A stretch of DNA of 64,000 bases, taken from Felis catus. Its lineage: Eukaryota. Of this stretch, positions 12,601 through 25,572 are shown one piece after another (the stretch's first letter is position 1; each line of letters begins with the position of its first letter). Made by a program: the position numbers and the translations under genes. The stretch spans positions 79,362,001 through 79,426,000 of the forward strand of contig NC_058368.1 in the NCBI RefSeq assembly GCF_018350175.1, read 5' to 3'. The notes below the pieces were generated by a model that was given only the letters and a program-made list of their open reading frames with translations, was not told the origin of the DNA and searched no databases.

Positions 12601-12906
12601 TTCCTTTGTACGACTGAAAACAAAAACACGGGATGGCATTTAGAAGTGGGAGCTTTCTAGAAATTCTGATGCCACGATAGCATCTTTTCTCTCCTCACCA
12701 ACAGGCACACTTTGAAGGAACTGAAATATTTGCACCGTGGACGTGTTGGTCTGCTTTCCAGATCATGTCTCCGTCAGCGGTTTCAAACTTGAAGAGAACA
12801 TGCGTGTCACTTTGGCATTTGTCATTCAAATGACTTTGTTTGATTCAGGGAGTCTTTCCTAAGACTCTTCACCTGAAGGTGTTCCCTGTACATACGCGCT
12901 GGGAGG

Positions 12907-13367
12907 TGTACCTGTTCCCCGGGGCTGCTGAAACACAGCACTACAACCCCAGTGGCTTGAAGCAATGGAAATCTAGCTCTGAACTTCGCAGTTCTGGGGG
13001 CAGAAGTCCTAAGTCACCGTGTCAGCAAGGCGTGCTCTCCCTGAGACCCCGGGTTGAGCACTCCCTTGCCTCTTCTGGCTCATGGTGGTGGCGGTGACCA
13101 TCCTCAGCATTCCTGGGATTGTGGCTGCGTCCCTCTATCCCCTGCCTCTGTGTCCTCGTGGTCGTCTCCCCGTGGGGCTGTCTTCACATGGCATTTCCTC
13201 TTCCTGTAATGACACCAGTCATACTGGATCAGGGCCCCCCCTTAGTGACCTCATCTCAACTCCATTATATCTGCAACAACACTTCATCAAATAAGATCAC
13301 GTCCACAGGTACTGGGGGGTTAGAATTTCAACACACCTTTTCGGGGAACATCATTCGATCCATAACA
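12907..13367 (-). mobile_element. MaLR solo LTR (MLT1B/C-like), complete
   Basis: TG...CA termini, MLT1 motifs (cagttctgggggcagaagtcc, gacaccagtcatactggat, acaggtactgggggttagaatttcaaca), 5-bp TSD ggagg at 12902-12906 and 13368-13372. Confidence 0.9.
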
Positions 13368-13389
13368 GGAGGCTAGAGAGCCCTTAAAA

Positions 13390-13900
13390 TACAGTGATGT
13401 CTGGATTGCATAGATCCATTTATGTAACACAGGCTCGCATGCCTATTATGTACAGTCTCGGGCTGGATACTGGGAATCCATCTGGGAGTAAAGTCGGTAC
13501 CTGCCTCGCGGTGCTTCCAGCACAGCGAGAAAGAGGAATACGTAATGGCACGTGTTTGGGTATAACTAGTCTGTAACGACAGATGGAGCACCCATTAGCT
13601 TATTAGTGCTCAATCTGGGGGAAACGGGGCAAGCACGGCCTCCCAGGTTAGAGACAGTTGAGCTGCCTTCCAAGGGGAATAGAGTTCACAACCGCTGGGG
13701 GTGAAGGAGATGCTGAGATCCTCCCAGTGGGAGGGACGAGAGTTTGCCCTGTCCCTGAGTAAGAAGGAGCATGAAAAGCCAGCGACCAAGACCAAGACTT
13801 TCTCATTCACCTCATCAATTGTAAGGCAATTGGGCAGCCATGGACGAGCTTTCCATCAGGGCATAAAATGGGACAGCCTTCTGGATCCCTTTGGAGCCGC
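13390..13900 (-). mobile_element. L2 3' fragment
   Basis: catttatgtaacac...gcctattatgtacagtctcgggctggatactggg resembles the antisense L2 3' end. Confidence 0.5.
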
Positions 13901-16202
13901 CTCCCTGGGTGGGGAGTGGAATCCGAGTCTCCTTGCACGGCTGGGGGGCCCTTGTCTGTCTCCGTCCTGAGCCCCCTGTGAATGCACTCACACCCTCGCT
14001 TCCGGCGTGCGGGGCAGAGATCCGTACGTGGTGTGCAACTGGCACTGGGTGGAACCAGCAGAACCCCCCACCCCTCGTACAAAGACCAGAGGGGATGCTT
14101 GCTCTCCGTGCATGGCTGTGGGATGGCAGGAGACTGGAGCCAACTCGCCATTCCAGCCCACCGACGCCTGGGGACACACGGGGACACCGAGCCCAGGGTC
14201 ACACAGCTGCACGGACGGCCGACGGTCCCGGCTGCTGTTTCTCCTGCCACCATATTGCTCTCAGGCCCCTGGCCCAGCGTGGTGCTGTCCGTCCGCCTGC
14301 ACGGACCTGCCTGGCCTGCTCATTACTACCTGTCCCACAAGACAACCTCTTCACACAACACCTCGACCGTCCTGAGCTCTGCTCTCTTCTGAGCTGTGTG
14401 TGTGAATGTGCCCCCATGGGAACACCACGAGGTGGAGCGTGGGTCACAAGCTGATCCCACCCACACCATGCCCACTTTTTCACCTTTTACGACTGAGTCA
14501 CCGTCACGCTCCCCCTCACTGGTGTCGCCTCTGTTCTCCCAGCGTGAATCATCTCCGCTTGACTCGCCCTCCGTCTTCCTGATGGAAACGCTCTCCCTGC
14601 CCCCATATAATTCCCACATCGTCACACCGGCTTCCAGTCAGCGGAATGCATCCACAATGATCAAGGTGTCCGCAGAGGACCCCATAAGAGGGGCTACGTC
14701 ACCTCTCCAGACAACCAAGCGGGGAGTCCCCAGCACCTTTCTAGGTCCTGTGGCTTCAGTGAGCGTAAGGAAGACTTCTGACTCCATCGTATTTTTTACA
14801 AACACCTTCGCTCATCTGGGCCGTCAGGTATCCTGCCTGTGTGCGTGTGGGAGGGCGCCGCACAGAAATCCCCCAGGCTGGGTGGCCGCCACCACTGCAG
14901 TGGCACCAGTGACACGAAACCAGAAGCATCGCCTCTGATGCCCGAAGGCATGGGACTGGTGGGTGTGAACTGGGCACCAGGTCGCCGTCCCCCCGCAGGA
15001 CTGGGGGCAAGAGGACATTCGGAACGTCTACGACGTTTGATCTTCCTGTTACGGGCCCAGCTTTCAAGTCTGTTTTCTTGTCCCTGTACACCTGGAATCC
15101 CACCTTGGCTGAGTATTCTTTATGCCCCTTCTTTCCTTTTCCTCCCTTCCTCCCTCCAGCCTTCCTCTGCCCGCTTTCCCAGGTATGTGTTTTCCACTTC
15201 CCTATTTTTAGACTTAGTGACAGATGGTTGGAGTTTACTCCTCTGTATACGGAAAATCTGAGCTAGTTTACCTGTTCATAAGGCGTTTTAAACCACCCCT
15301 GTTACATTTTGTAAAAGGAATAGCAGCTCCATATCAATTATCTTGTTTTCTGTGCCCGTTCTTAGATTGTACACCTTCGTCTCCATTCCCCGGTTTCCCC
15401 CCACCCAGTACATTCCAGCCAGCACGACTGTTCCTTCCATGAAAGCCGCATGTTCTCTCCAGCCTTCCGTCTGGGACCCTCTCCTCTCACGTCCTTCATC
15501 GGTGCCTTTGCTGGACTTCAGACCCATCTTTGACACTCATTGGAATGGCCCAGCCCTGGGAAATGGTCCTCAGCCCTCCGTTCCCGGCAAACTTTGCTTC
15601 CCGACCCGATAGGGTTACGCACTGTGTCGAGTTTCTTTGTGACCGAAGAAGTCCCATGAGGTTAGGGATTATTTCATAACCAGGCATGTAGCGTGGTTCC
15701 TGGGACAAAGCGTGATCAGGACAGATTTGCGGAAGACTTGCGTGAATAGTTAATTGGCCAGATGCCCTTCCAGCCAACAGAGTATGGCAGATTGGAGGAA
15801 GGAGCAGCAGTCTTTCTGCTGTACGAGCTTCATCTTGGTTCAGCCTGGCTTTGTTTTGTGCCTGAAGTCAGCTCATGGTCTCCGCATCCGTGTCCAAGTG
15901 GCCCCTGTGGAACCCGACCCAGCAGGATGGTGGCACTATGGCAGTGGGGTGGGAGGGGGGTCATTGCTGTTGCTGGGGGTCTGGCTCCGAGCTCCGTCAG
16001 GGCCCCTGAGCCCCGTGCGTTCTGACGCCAAGTTTGATCATTAGGACTCACCTCTGCTCCCACCTTCCCATCACCAGGTGCACAGGAACAGGCAGTGACA
16101 CCCTTGACTCACTTCCCTGATATGCCGGGAAGTCTACGGTTTTAGTTGCCCACATGGATCGAGTCGCACCACCAAGGGCTCTACATCTGGCCCGTGTGGC
16201 TT

Positions 16203-16345
16203 TGATTATTTTTATTTTTATATTTATGTATTTATCTTAAAAGAGATAGAGAGAGCGGGTGCACACGCACATGAAGGAGGGGCACAGAGAGACAGAGAAA
16301 GAAAGAAGCCCAAGCAGGCCCCACGCTCAGCACGGAGCCCGACAC
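16203..16345 (-). mobile_element. Head-truncated CanSINE
   Basis: Tail, GA tract and cccaagcaggccccacgctcagcacggagcccgac; tRNA head missing. Confidence 0.8.
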
Positions 16346-17269
16346 AGAACACTTTGATTTTTTTTACAGAACTTCATTGATGGATGTGTTGAGAACCACC
16401 CTCCCCAAACTTAAGCTATTTAATGTGTAAATGTTCATATGTTCACAGGTACTGTTTTTGAGGACCGGTAGGAAAAACCCCCCACTCGTATATAACTTTC
16501 AGAAGATGTGTTGCACCTGCCTGGATGTTTCTTTGTTGTCCGCTTAATCTCAACACACTGTGAATCACTTCTCTGTCTTTGATTTGGCTACGTGGAGGCC
16601 CACCCATATGGGCCATAATGTCTGCCTTTCTGGGTCTTCGCCTTACCTTGTCCTATTTTCTTCTTTGTTCTGGTCACCAAAACTCTTGATTTTACCCAAT
16701 TTGTCTTCTACGTGCATTTGTAAACCTGTTTTAAAAAGTCCGATGAATTTTTGAAGCCTAAATCCTCGTGCTATATGCCTTTCCCCATCGGCATAATGAA
16801 TAAGGGACTGATAAAACTTTTCCTTTAAGTCTTCATGTTCATACCGTCTGTTACTACAATGAATATAATCTGCTACTAAGGGAAACTGAAGACTTCCCTT
16901 TCTCTCTTCCCTTCCTCTTTTTTCTTTCTTTCTTCCTTTCTTTCTGGTTTATGTAGTCGCTTGTACGGGACCCAAATTTCTCTCTTCTAACGTCAGTTTT
17001 ATATATTTTAAAGCTGAGTTCCTCTCACGGCGGCCCTGCCAGACGGCCACATATGCACAGGGCCCAGAAATGGAGAGAAAACTTGAGCTCTTACTGCTGC
17101 TTCTATGTCAGTAGGGATGCTTTCAGGACAGGCACAGTGAAGGCTTCCTTATTTCTCACCAATTCCCCACTTGCAAACTGTGTTCTTCTTTCTCCTTTAG
17201 AAGAATAGCACCAAACCTTCTTACAGGCTACGAATGCCTACGAGAACGTTCACATCACTTTTGGCAAAC

Positions 17270-17660
17270 ACAGTGAGGCCACACTTTCACCCTTATTTTC
17301 ACCCTCACTCTTTCACATGACAAAGGTAAAGCTCAGGTGGGAAAATCCTGGGTCTGAGATGCTTTACTTGTCCAGGGGCAAGCAGTTGGCTTGAGGACAT
17401 CCTCTCCGGGGCAGAGGAGAACAGAATTCAAATCCTCCCCTCTTCCCCAGCTTCTCCATTTTCATGGCGGTAAAGGTGGATAAGGAATGAATCTGCATTA
17501 GAGGTGTTGTGAAGTCAAATGAGATTATGAATGCAAAAGGCTGGACTTCAGGGCCTCAAGCAAAGTAAACTCTCACTGGGTGTTTGTTTAAAGGTAAATA
17601 AAACACTGGATTTGAATCTAGGATCTGATTCCAGAGCCGGTATCCTTTTTCATGAAAACA
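17270..17660 (-). mobile_element. MIR fragments
   Basis: tttcacatgacaaaggtaaagctcagg, actggatttgaatctaggatctgattccagagcc motifs; mixed pieces. Confidence 0.45.
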
Positions 17661-18044
17661 TGTTCTCCGTCTAGAGGTGGTCAAGAGAGATTTGCGAGTC
17701 CGGTGGAGAAGACCCAAAGGTGGGTGACGAGGAGTGAAACCAGAAGCCTGGTCAGCTGACCCCATGTAGGCAATGGGTAAATGACTCCACCTCACTTCCG
17801 CAAATGGAGCCTCTGATCTGGTGACACCTCATGTGAACAACTGGCTGGAAAAACACATTCCTTCCTGTGGGGCAGCCCCTGAACGTTGGTATTTCAGACC
17901 CATACTGGGCAGCTGTCACACAGAACGGACACTGGGTTGTAGGAAAGGATGACCCTTGGAGTCTTGTTGTCTGCAGGCCATACACCAGTCCAGCAAGGAA
18001 GGTCTAGAAAAGGTTTCCAAACACTGACTTGAGCCTTCCTAGAA

Positions 18045-18110
18045 GGAGGGGAGGGGAGAGGAGAGGAGAGGAGAGGAGAGGAGAGGAGAGGAGAGGAGAG
18101 GAGAGGAGAG
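18045..18110. repeat. (GAGAG)n pentanucleotide homopurine repeat
   Basis: 11 perfect GAGAG units at 18056-18110 preceded by GAGGG units. Confidence 0.95.
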
Positions 18111-19034
18111 ATCAAGCCCTCTAAGTCCATAGTGACCCAAAGAAAGACTTACTGACTTAGATAAGGTCACGCCAGCCTCTTCCATCATTGGGTAACTGGA
18201 GCCCTGGGCCAGAACAAATTCTAACGTTGCATTTGGACCACGTGGAAAACTTCCACCCATCAGTGATGTCTGCCACGAGCCCAAAATAGGGGACAACTTC
18301 GGAATGTGCACTATCCTCGGCCTGGGGATGGAGTCTCCCCCTTCATCCTGCCTATTGAGTGAGTGAGTCATCACCGGTAACCGGAGAAAGGACTGCGTCT
18401 TCCTCTCCTCTGCCTCCTCCCACGAAACGACACAGCACAACGGAAGTCAGGTATCAACAAGACATTATATTTTTGGATGGCATTATATTACTGCAGCTTT
18501 TCTAATAATCCAAGGACCTGAGCTGTGCAAAATGATTCTCACTGGGAATAAAACATTTGCTTCAGGAGGTTCTAAAGGTGAGAGCGAAACAATTTGTATT
18601 TGTTTAAAACATAATGTCATCCATAATTAATGGGGTAGCTCTGGCTCAGCAGAGCAGGAAACTACCGAGTCTATTTGAAGCTGGATTTCTAGTTCTTGAG
18701 ATGAGGAATACATTTACCCATACGCTTTTATTTTCTTTTTTCATGGAAAAGGTGATTTCCAGTGATAGAACATTTGGTTCCTTTCCAGCGTGGTTTTGAC
18801 TCATGTTCTTTGCTACTGACTGGTAAAGGCAAGGCCAGTCACCGGCATCTGCCGTGAAACGTGGTAGCGGCCGTGAAACGTGGGGGTGTTACCTTGGGCT
18901 ATCACAAGCTCTTTTCGTGCCCTTTTTCTATACCACAATTAGAACTCTTGACGCAGGTTTTAAAAAGAAAGTTTTTAAAAAATCAGTGAAAAAGTGGTTC
19001 TTTTTCCTGTCTTGAAATGAATTTAAAAAAGATT

Positions 19035-19261
19035 GGGGCGCCTGGGTGGTGCAGTCGGTTAAGCGTCCGACTTCGGCCAGGTCACGATCTCGCGGTCCGT
19101 GAGTTTGAGCCCCGCGTCAGGCTCTGGGCTGACGGCTCAGAGCTTGGAGCCTGTTTCCAATTCTGTGTCTCCCTCTCTCTCTGCCCCTCCCCCGTTCATG
19201 CTCTGTCTCTCTCTGTCCCAAAAATAAATAAAAACGTTGGGAAAAAAATTAAAAAAAAAAA
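19035..19261 (+). mobile_element. Young feline SINE (SINEC_Fc)
   Basis: Near-consensus, CpG-retaining; TSD taaaaaagatt at 19024-19034 and 19262-19272. Confidence 0.97.
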
Positions 19262-19276
19262 TAAAAAAGATTAATA

Positions 19277-19482
19277 GGGATGCCTGGGTGGCTCTGTCAG
19301 ACGTCTGACTTCAGCTCAGGTGTCATGGTTCGTAGGTTCGAGCCCCGCATCGGGCTCCATGCTGACAGCTCGGAGCCCAGATCCTGCTTTCGATTCTGTG
19401 TTTCCCTCTGTCTCTGCCCCTCCCCTGTTTGCACTCTGTCTCTCAAAAATAAATATTTTAAAAAATTTTTAAAAATAATAAA
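19277..19482 (+). mobile_element. CanSINE with small internal deletions
   Basis: gggatgcctgggtggctc head, gttcgagccccgc, CT tract, A tail. Confidence 0.92.
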
Positions 19483-20854
19483 GGCTTCCATTTTGCAAGT
19501 TTGTGTCCAGAAGAAAAAACAACACACTTTTGAGCCATCGCACTGTTATGGAAGCCTAGTCCTCAGGACAAGTGCACCTGGATCCAGGACGACATGACAC
19601 AGGAGGACCCGAATCCCCCTCACGGGGCCCCTCCTTCCCCAGGGAGTCCCCTTTGCCCTGTGAGGCAGGAGCACAGGAGGGGCACCTTTCTTGTTCGCTT
19701 AATCAGTCTTTCCAGCACTTCTCCACTGGGGGCCTATGTGCTGTGCCAGTACGGCCACCTCCGGGGTGGTCCCCGAGATTAGTTAAGGTGCAGTCCCCGT
19801 GCAGGATGGCTATGTTCAGCGGCCAATAGCAACACGGGTACGAGTAGGGTCTGTCATGCTTCTAGGGGAGGCAGGGATGCAGGGAGGGTCCCGGAGGAGG
19901 CGGCCGCCTGTGTCGTGGCTCAAAGTGCCGTAGAATCTTGACAAAAGTGGATGAAAAGAGAAAAGGGAATCTAGGTAGGCGAACGGTTGGAGGAAAAATA
20001 CAGAAAACCCTGACACTTCGGATCAGAGAGAGAGGTGGTGCCGGGCCCACCTGCCCATTTGACCTTCACGCCCTCACTTGGGCTGTTAGAGGACATGACC
20101 TTAGCTGCACCTTTTTGGTTCTTCTCAATCTCTTAGTTTTCAATAGCATTAAAAAAAAAAACAAAAACAAGGCACGCTGAAAGTTTTCCGCACATCTCTC
20201 CTGATTCTATTCACTCCGTTTTGGGTAAATCCTTTACCTTCTCTCCGCTTCGGGCACTTCCTATGTGATGGCTTTCAGATGCATGAGCAGTGACGGTCTC
20301 CCTTCCTCCAGGAAGCCTCCTCTGGTTTGTCCAGGAGCCTGTGTCTTGCCTTTTGATGTCTCCTCAAAGTCGTTCCCGTAATTTCTTTACCACCTCCGGA
20401 GACAGCACAAGAGTTTGCCCTCCCTAAAGTGCCCAGGGCACTGAGAAAACATCCTGCATACAGTAGGGCTTTTGATAACAGCAAATTGATGAATTGATGC
20501 CAGAGGAAAATACTAAGGAATCGTCCTTGTCTCTCTAGTAAAACATAAACCCTGGTGCGGAAAGAGTTGTCTCCTGGCATTTTCATCTCCAACTGGACAA
20601 GAAAGGCTAGAAATTCAGCAGATACCTATCAACAATCAGATGGCAACAAAACTTGTTTGAAAATGGAAAAGGAGCAGTATTTAAATATTTGCAAATATGC
20701 AACTCTTCTTAACCCAGTAGCATTTTACATAGAATAGCTCAGGAGGCATTAACACTAAGAATCTGGGGGAAGTTCTGCCTTCTTTTCTCCTGTAGGAAGA
20801 AAAACACTTTCTTCAGTCTTACCCTCAAGATTCTTCTGGAATATAAAATCATCA

Positions 20855-21079
20855 GGTGCGCCGGGGTGGCTCAGTCTGACTGAAGCTCAGGTCATGATTT
20901 CATGGTTTGTGGGTTTGAGCCCTGCGTCCGGGAGGGGGTAGGGGGCTCCACGCTGACAGTGAGGAGTCTGCTTGGGATTCTCTGTCTCTCCCTCGCTCTC
21001 TGCTCCTCCCCTGCTCATGCTTTCTCTCTCAAAATAAATAAATAAATAAATAAATAAATAAACAAATAAACTTAAAAAA
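20855..21079 (+). mobile_element. CanSINE, older subfamily, (TAAA)n tail
   Basis: Head ggtgcgccggggtggctcagtc; TSD-like aaaatc(a/t)tca. Confidence 0.9.
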
Positions 21080-21839
21080 AAAATCTTCAAGAACTTTCTG
21101 AATTCAAGCCAGGTCTTGACCGCATCTGAGATTTTTCCACATTAAGCTTTCTAATCGCTGGGCAGTCTGTCGTAAGAGGGACAGTGACATTATAAGATGC
21201 AAATCGGCAGACACAGGGCAATAGAGAAGGTTCTGCTGATGGTCAGGCTTTGTGATGGGTCAAAGCGAAAACAGGCCTGACAGGCAGGCGCGGCCAGCGT
21301 CAGAACAAAACCGTTTCTAGGGCTCCTCGCGTGGGGACAGACACCACACTTCTCTCTGTCACTCTCAAACTCGGTGTCCTCCGGAAGCCATCAGAAACCA
21401 AGAGCACTCCCGCCGTACCCACTGGGAACATGCGGCAGAGAGGGGCAAAGTCCCTCATTCTAGAAACTGACAACCCAGTTGTGTTCATTTCCAACTCTTG
21501 GTTTCCAGAATGTGTTCTGCTCTTTAGAGGGCCGGCCTGTGCCGTAACCCTCATTCGGGTCTGCGCTTAACTCTCTGAGAGGCTCGGAGTCTCCCTGCCA
21601 TACGTCACATCTCCTTCCCCCACTCTCCCCTTGCTCCTAGACGTGGCTGATTCTGTGGAGCCCCAGAAGCTCCTTCCAAGGCCTTCTTGCCCACCTGAAG
21701 CAGAGAACTGCTTTTCCATTGTTAACCACAGCATGGCCTCTCCATCCAACATCTAGCAGGTCTGTTTCCACAGTTAAGCCTTCACCTTTTCCTCTTGTAG
21801 TCCCTACCCTGGTGCTCATTTTGATGCTGATGACTGCTT

Positions 21840-23520
21840 TATTTAATTGCCCATAAGCCAGGCACTATTTTAGCTTCTTGGGATAAACACTACTGAACAA
21901 AATCAACGCAGCGCCCTGCCCTCACAGAGCTGACCTTCTATCCCAAGGCAGGCAAACAATCAGTACCAAACATAATGGGTAACTAAATGATAGAGCATGT
22001 TATACAGTGCTAAGAAATACAGTAGAAAAAAAATGGAGAGGAGAATAAAAGGGACCCAGAAATACTAACAGCAAATCATAATGTTACACGGACTTATCTG
22101 AATAGGTGACCTTGAGAAGGTAAGATCTGGGCAAAGACGTGAAGGAAATCTGGTGGAAGAGTATTCGGGCCTGAGAGCCCCGCAGTGCAAAGGCCCTGTG
22201 GCAAGTAACTCTGGGTATGTTTAAAGAAAAAGGAGGAAGTCAGTGCAGACAGAGCAGGAGGGAGAGTGTTGTTGAAATGAAGTCAGATTCAGGGTCTTGT
22301 GGCCATTGTAAAAGAACTCTGGTTTTTATTCCGACTAAAATGGCCAAGTGCTGCAGGTTTTAAGGAATTGAAGGGCCTAATGTGCCTTGTTTTCAAAAGG
22401 TCATTCTAACTTTCGGGTTGAGAATAAAGAGAAGAAGAGGAAACTGAGGCAGAGCGGTCAGGAGGCTATTACGGTGGTCCAGGCAAGAGCTTACAAATGC
22501 TCAGAGCAGGGACAGCCGTGCAGGGGGAGAAGCAGTTGGATACTGGGTATGCAGTCCTCTGAGAGCAGAACCCAATGTGACAGATGGTTGTGTGGCCTGA
22601 ACGATCAGGAAAAAAATGTCGCCGCCACCACGGTAAGATGGGGAAGGCTGTGCGGCAGCTGAGGACGGACAGACCAGAAGTCAGAGTTGGCCGTGTTGAG
22701 TCTGAGGTGCTACCAGACAGACAAGTGGAGATGGTGGGAAGTCAGGTGGCCGGGCGAGGGTGGGCCTCGGGAAGGTGGTCTGAGTCAGGCCCGTACACGT
22801 GTGAGCCCCGAGCACACTGGGGGTGGATAATTAAGGCCCCGAGACTGGAGGAGAATCCCCAGGAAAATGCGTGGTGATCTGGGAGAGAAGAAAGGCCAGA
22901 CATCCGTCCTTGGACACTCAAACTGTAGGAAGGCAGCCGGAAGAGACATTGCCAGCAGAAGAGACAGAGAAGGGACAGCCAGTGTCATCGGAAGACAGAC
23001 GAGAAGGTGCAGTGTCCTGGAACGACCAAGGTGGAGGCAAAGACCAAATGTGTTACGTATTCGGGTCAAGAGAGCCGAAGACTGAGACTGGGGTGGTCCT
23101 GGGGGTCTTGGTACGAGCAGCTTCGTGCAGAAACTGACCTGTGGGCACGATCTGGCCGCGTTTGGGAGAGGACGGGCGGGGGGAGTTTACCCAGAGAGCA
23201 CAGGCAGCTCTTGCGAAGAGTTTTGCTGCAAAGCAAAGCCAGAGGGGAAATGGAGTCAGGAGATGGTCGGCTTAAGACCAGAGAGATGCCTGCATGTTTC
23301 CATGGCGATGGGACTGGTGCCGTGGAGAGGAGCAAGCTGGTGATGGAGACCGTGGGGTGATGGAGACCGTGGGAAGCTGCCGGGGAGGCCCTGGGAAGAA
23401 GGGGAGAGGGCTGAGAGGCACGAGGGGGCTGGAAGTCACCGCGGAGGCAGCAGGGAGGAGGCTCAGGTGGGAAAGGAGGCCAAGCCCAGCATCCAGGTGC
23501 AAAAGAACGTCTCCCCTCCA
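21840..23520 (-). mobile_element. Long L2 (L2a-like) LINE remnant
   Basis: Begins with antisense L2 3' end (atttaattgcccataagccaggcactatt...ccctgccctcacagagctgaccttcta) and continues with L2 motifs (cagtgcaaaggccctgtggca, ggaggctattacggtggtccaggcaagag). Confidence 0.8.
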
Positions 23521-24246
23521 GCGGTGAAAGTCACATATCAAAATAATAGCAAAAATCAAACTCATCCTCGATTATTTTTCTCGACTCCACCCCCTCTCGT
23601 GCATTTGCTGGGTCTTGTCATTCACCAAGATGCCTTCTCACCGTCCCCACCACAGCCATGGCTGGCAGGCAGCATCAGCTAGGAGGGCACGTGCCCTGGG
23701 TGGAGAGAGGGACCAGGAGTCCGTGGGGAGGACTGATCGCAATGGAGTCATTTCCCAAATCCTTGCTTTGCATGGACTCTTTCCTCTGACTCAAAATGGC
23801 ACCCTGGAAGCCCCTCTCCATAATCACCCCCTCACATTTGCCCATCTCGTCTCCCACTGCACTGGAGGCGCACGCACGCCTGCCCTGACTGCGTTGGTGC
23901 TGGGCTGGGAGGGAGAACCCCAGGCGCAGGGCAGCCAGAGTCCTTGACCACAAGCAGAGGAAGCCTAGGAAGGAGGCGCCAAGGGGCAGCGCCCCGAGTC
24001 AGGTGGGTGACAACTCGTGGCAGCTCTGTGCTGGCTGCACCTGCCAGCCCACCTGTGATGGACTCAGAACAACACGGTTGTCACAGGAGCGTGTTTAGTC
24101 GAAGTACGAAACCAAGATAGACTTAGTCTGTCAAAAATAAGCCCATGTTCGCCAACTGGTTTGACCTTGGAGATTGGCTCATCCTGTTGGAGTATGTGAT
24201 ACTCATTTTACGTGAGTGTGTGGGGGGGAACCTTCAACTCCATAGT

Positions 24247-24456
24247 TTTTGTTTGCTTGTTTGTTTGTTTATTTTCAGAGAGAGAGAGAGAGAGAGAGAG
24301 TGGAGCATGGGAGGGGCAGAGAGAGAGAATCCCAAGCAGGTTCTGTGTTGTCAGTGCAGAGCCTACCGTGGGACTCGAACTCGCCCACCGTGAGATCATG
24401 ACCTGAGCCGAAACCGAGAGTCAGATGCTTAACCGACTGAGCCACCCAGGCGCCCC
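24247..24456 (-). mobile_element. CanSINE
   Basis: Complete; TSD ttcaactcca at 24233 and 24457. Confidence 0.93.
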
Positions 24457-25081
24457 TTCAACTCCAAGTGTTTACAAAACTACGTCCGGAACAAATACAC
24501 CGCAATGCACGTTCTAACGGAAAGTGAATCCATGCAGCTGTGAAACGTGATAAAATGCTCGTTTTCAACTTAAACGTGTACACGCTGTCCCACATTCCTT
24601 GAGGAGCCACAGGACCAGAGATGTGTGCAGCCTCCAGGTTCTCTGATCCTGTCCTCAGATGCTGGAGCAGCTTGCTCTCCACGTACAAGTCCCGCGGGGT
24701 CGCCTGAAGAGAACCCCAGATGCACAGAAAAGGCTGTATCGCTGCTTTCTGTGCCTACCGGAGAAGAAAAGTTTCCATTAGGCCCGCGAGTTGCTTTCTT
24801 GCTGCCGTGTCCCTGGTGGTGACATCGCTGGGGAGGAAGCCCCAGTCTGGTCACTGTAAGAACCTGGCAAGCTGAACAGCCAAAATGCCTTAAAATCGTT
24901 CATAGGGGTCCCAGAGTCCACACACAGAGGCTGACCACCCATTAGGATGTGCTTGTTGCTGCGGCTTCGTCACCTTCCTGTCCATCCCTAGGACATGAAC
25001 AATGGTCTGCCTTGTGCTCTCTCGACACAGAAGGGTCTGTGTGTCAACTGGATTCCTAGCACCGTAGAAGGATGGGTTTTC

Positions 25082-25305
25082 TTTGTTTTCTTTTTTAATT
25101 TTTAATGTTCATTTATTTTTGAGACAGAGAGAGACAGAGCATCAGTGGGGGTGGGGCAGAGAGAGAGGGAGACGCAGAGTCCAAAGCAGGTTCCAGGCTC
25201 CAAGCTGTCAGCACAGAGCCCGAGGCAGGGCTCGAACCCACAGACTGCGAGATCATGACCTGAGCCGAAGTCGGATGCCCAACCGACTGAGCCACCAGGC
25301 ACCCC
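25082..25305 (-). mobile_element. CanSINE (SINEC_Fc-like)
   Basis: Complete antisense element. Confidence 0.93.
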
Positions 25306-25358
25306 TTCTTTGATATCACCCTAATGTTCCCTTCCCCAAATGATAATGCTAAAAATAG

Positions 25359-25406
25359 TTTTTTTAAAGAAATGTTCATTTATTTGGATAAAGAGAGAGA
25401 AAGAAG

Positions 25407-25446
<40 letters not shown>

Positions 25447-25572
25447 CCCAAGCAGGCTCCACAAAGTCAGCACAGAGCCCGACACAGGGCTCGAACTCAT
25501 GAATCATGAGATCGTGACCTGAGCCGAAATCAAGAGCCAGACACTCAACCAGCTGAGCCACCCAGGAGCCCC
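25359..25572 (-). mobile_element. CanSINE with expanded (GA)n
   Basis: Complete antisense element. Confidence 0.92.

Noticed and set aside
14281..14301. REST/RE1-like ggtgctgtccgt
   Set aside because: Only one half-site matches.
13970..16035. Possible ERVL internal region with tRNA-Leu PBS-like tggcgtcagaa on the minus strand near 16020-16030
   Set aside because: The match is short enough to occur by chance, and I found no gag/pol motifs or clear adjacent LTR. The Ser/Pro-rich ORF at 14396 looks compositional, possibly old L2.
20685..20698. 14-bp palindrome atatttgcaaatat
   Set aside because: A few palindromes of this length are expected by chance in 64 kb.
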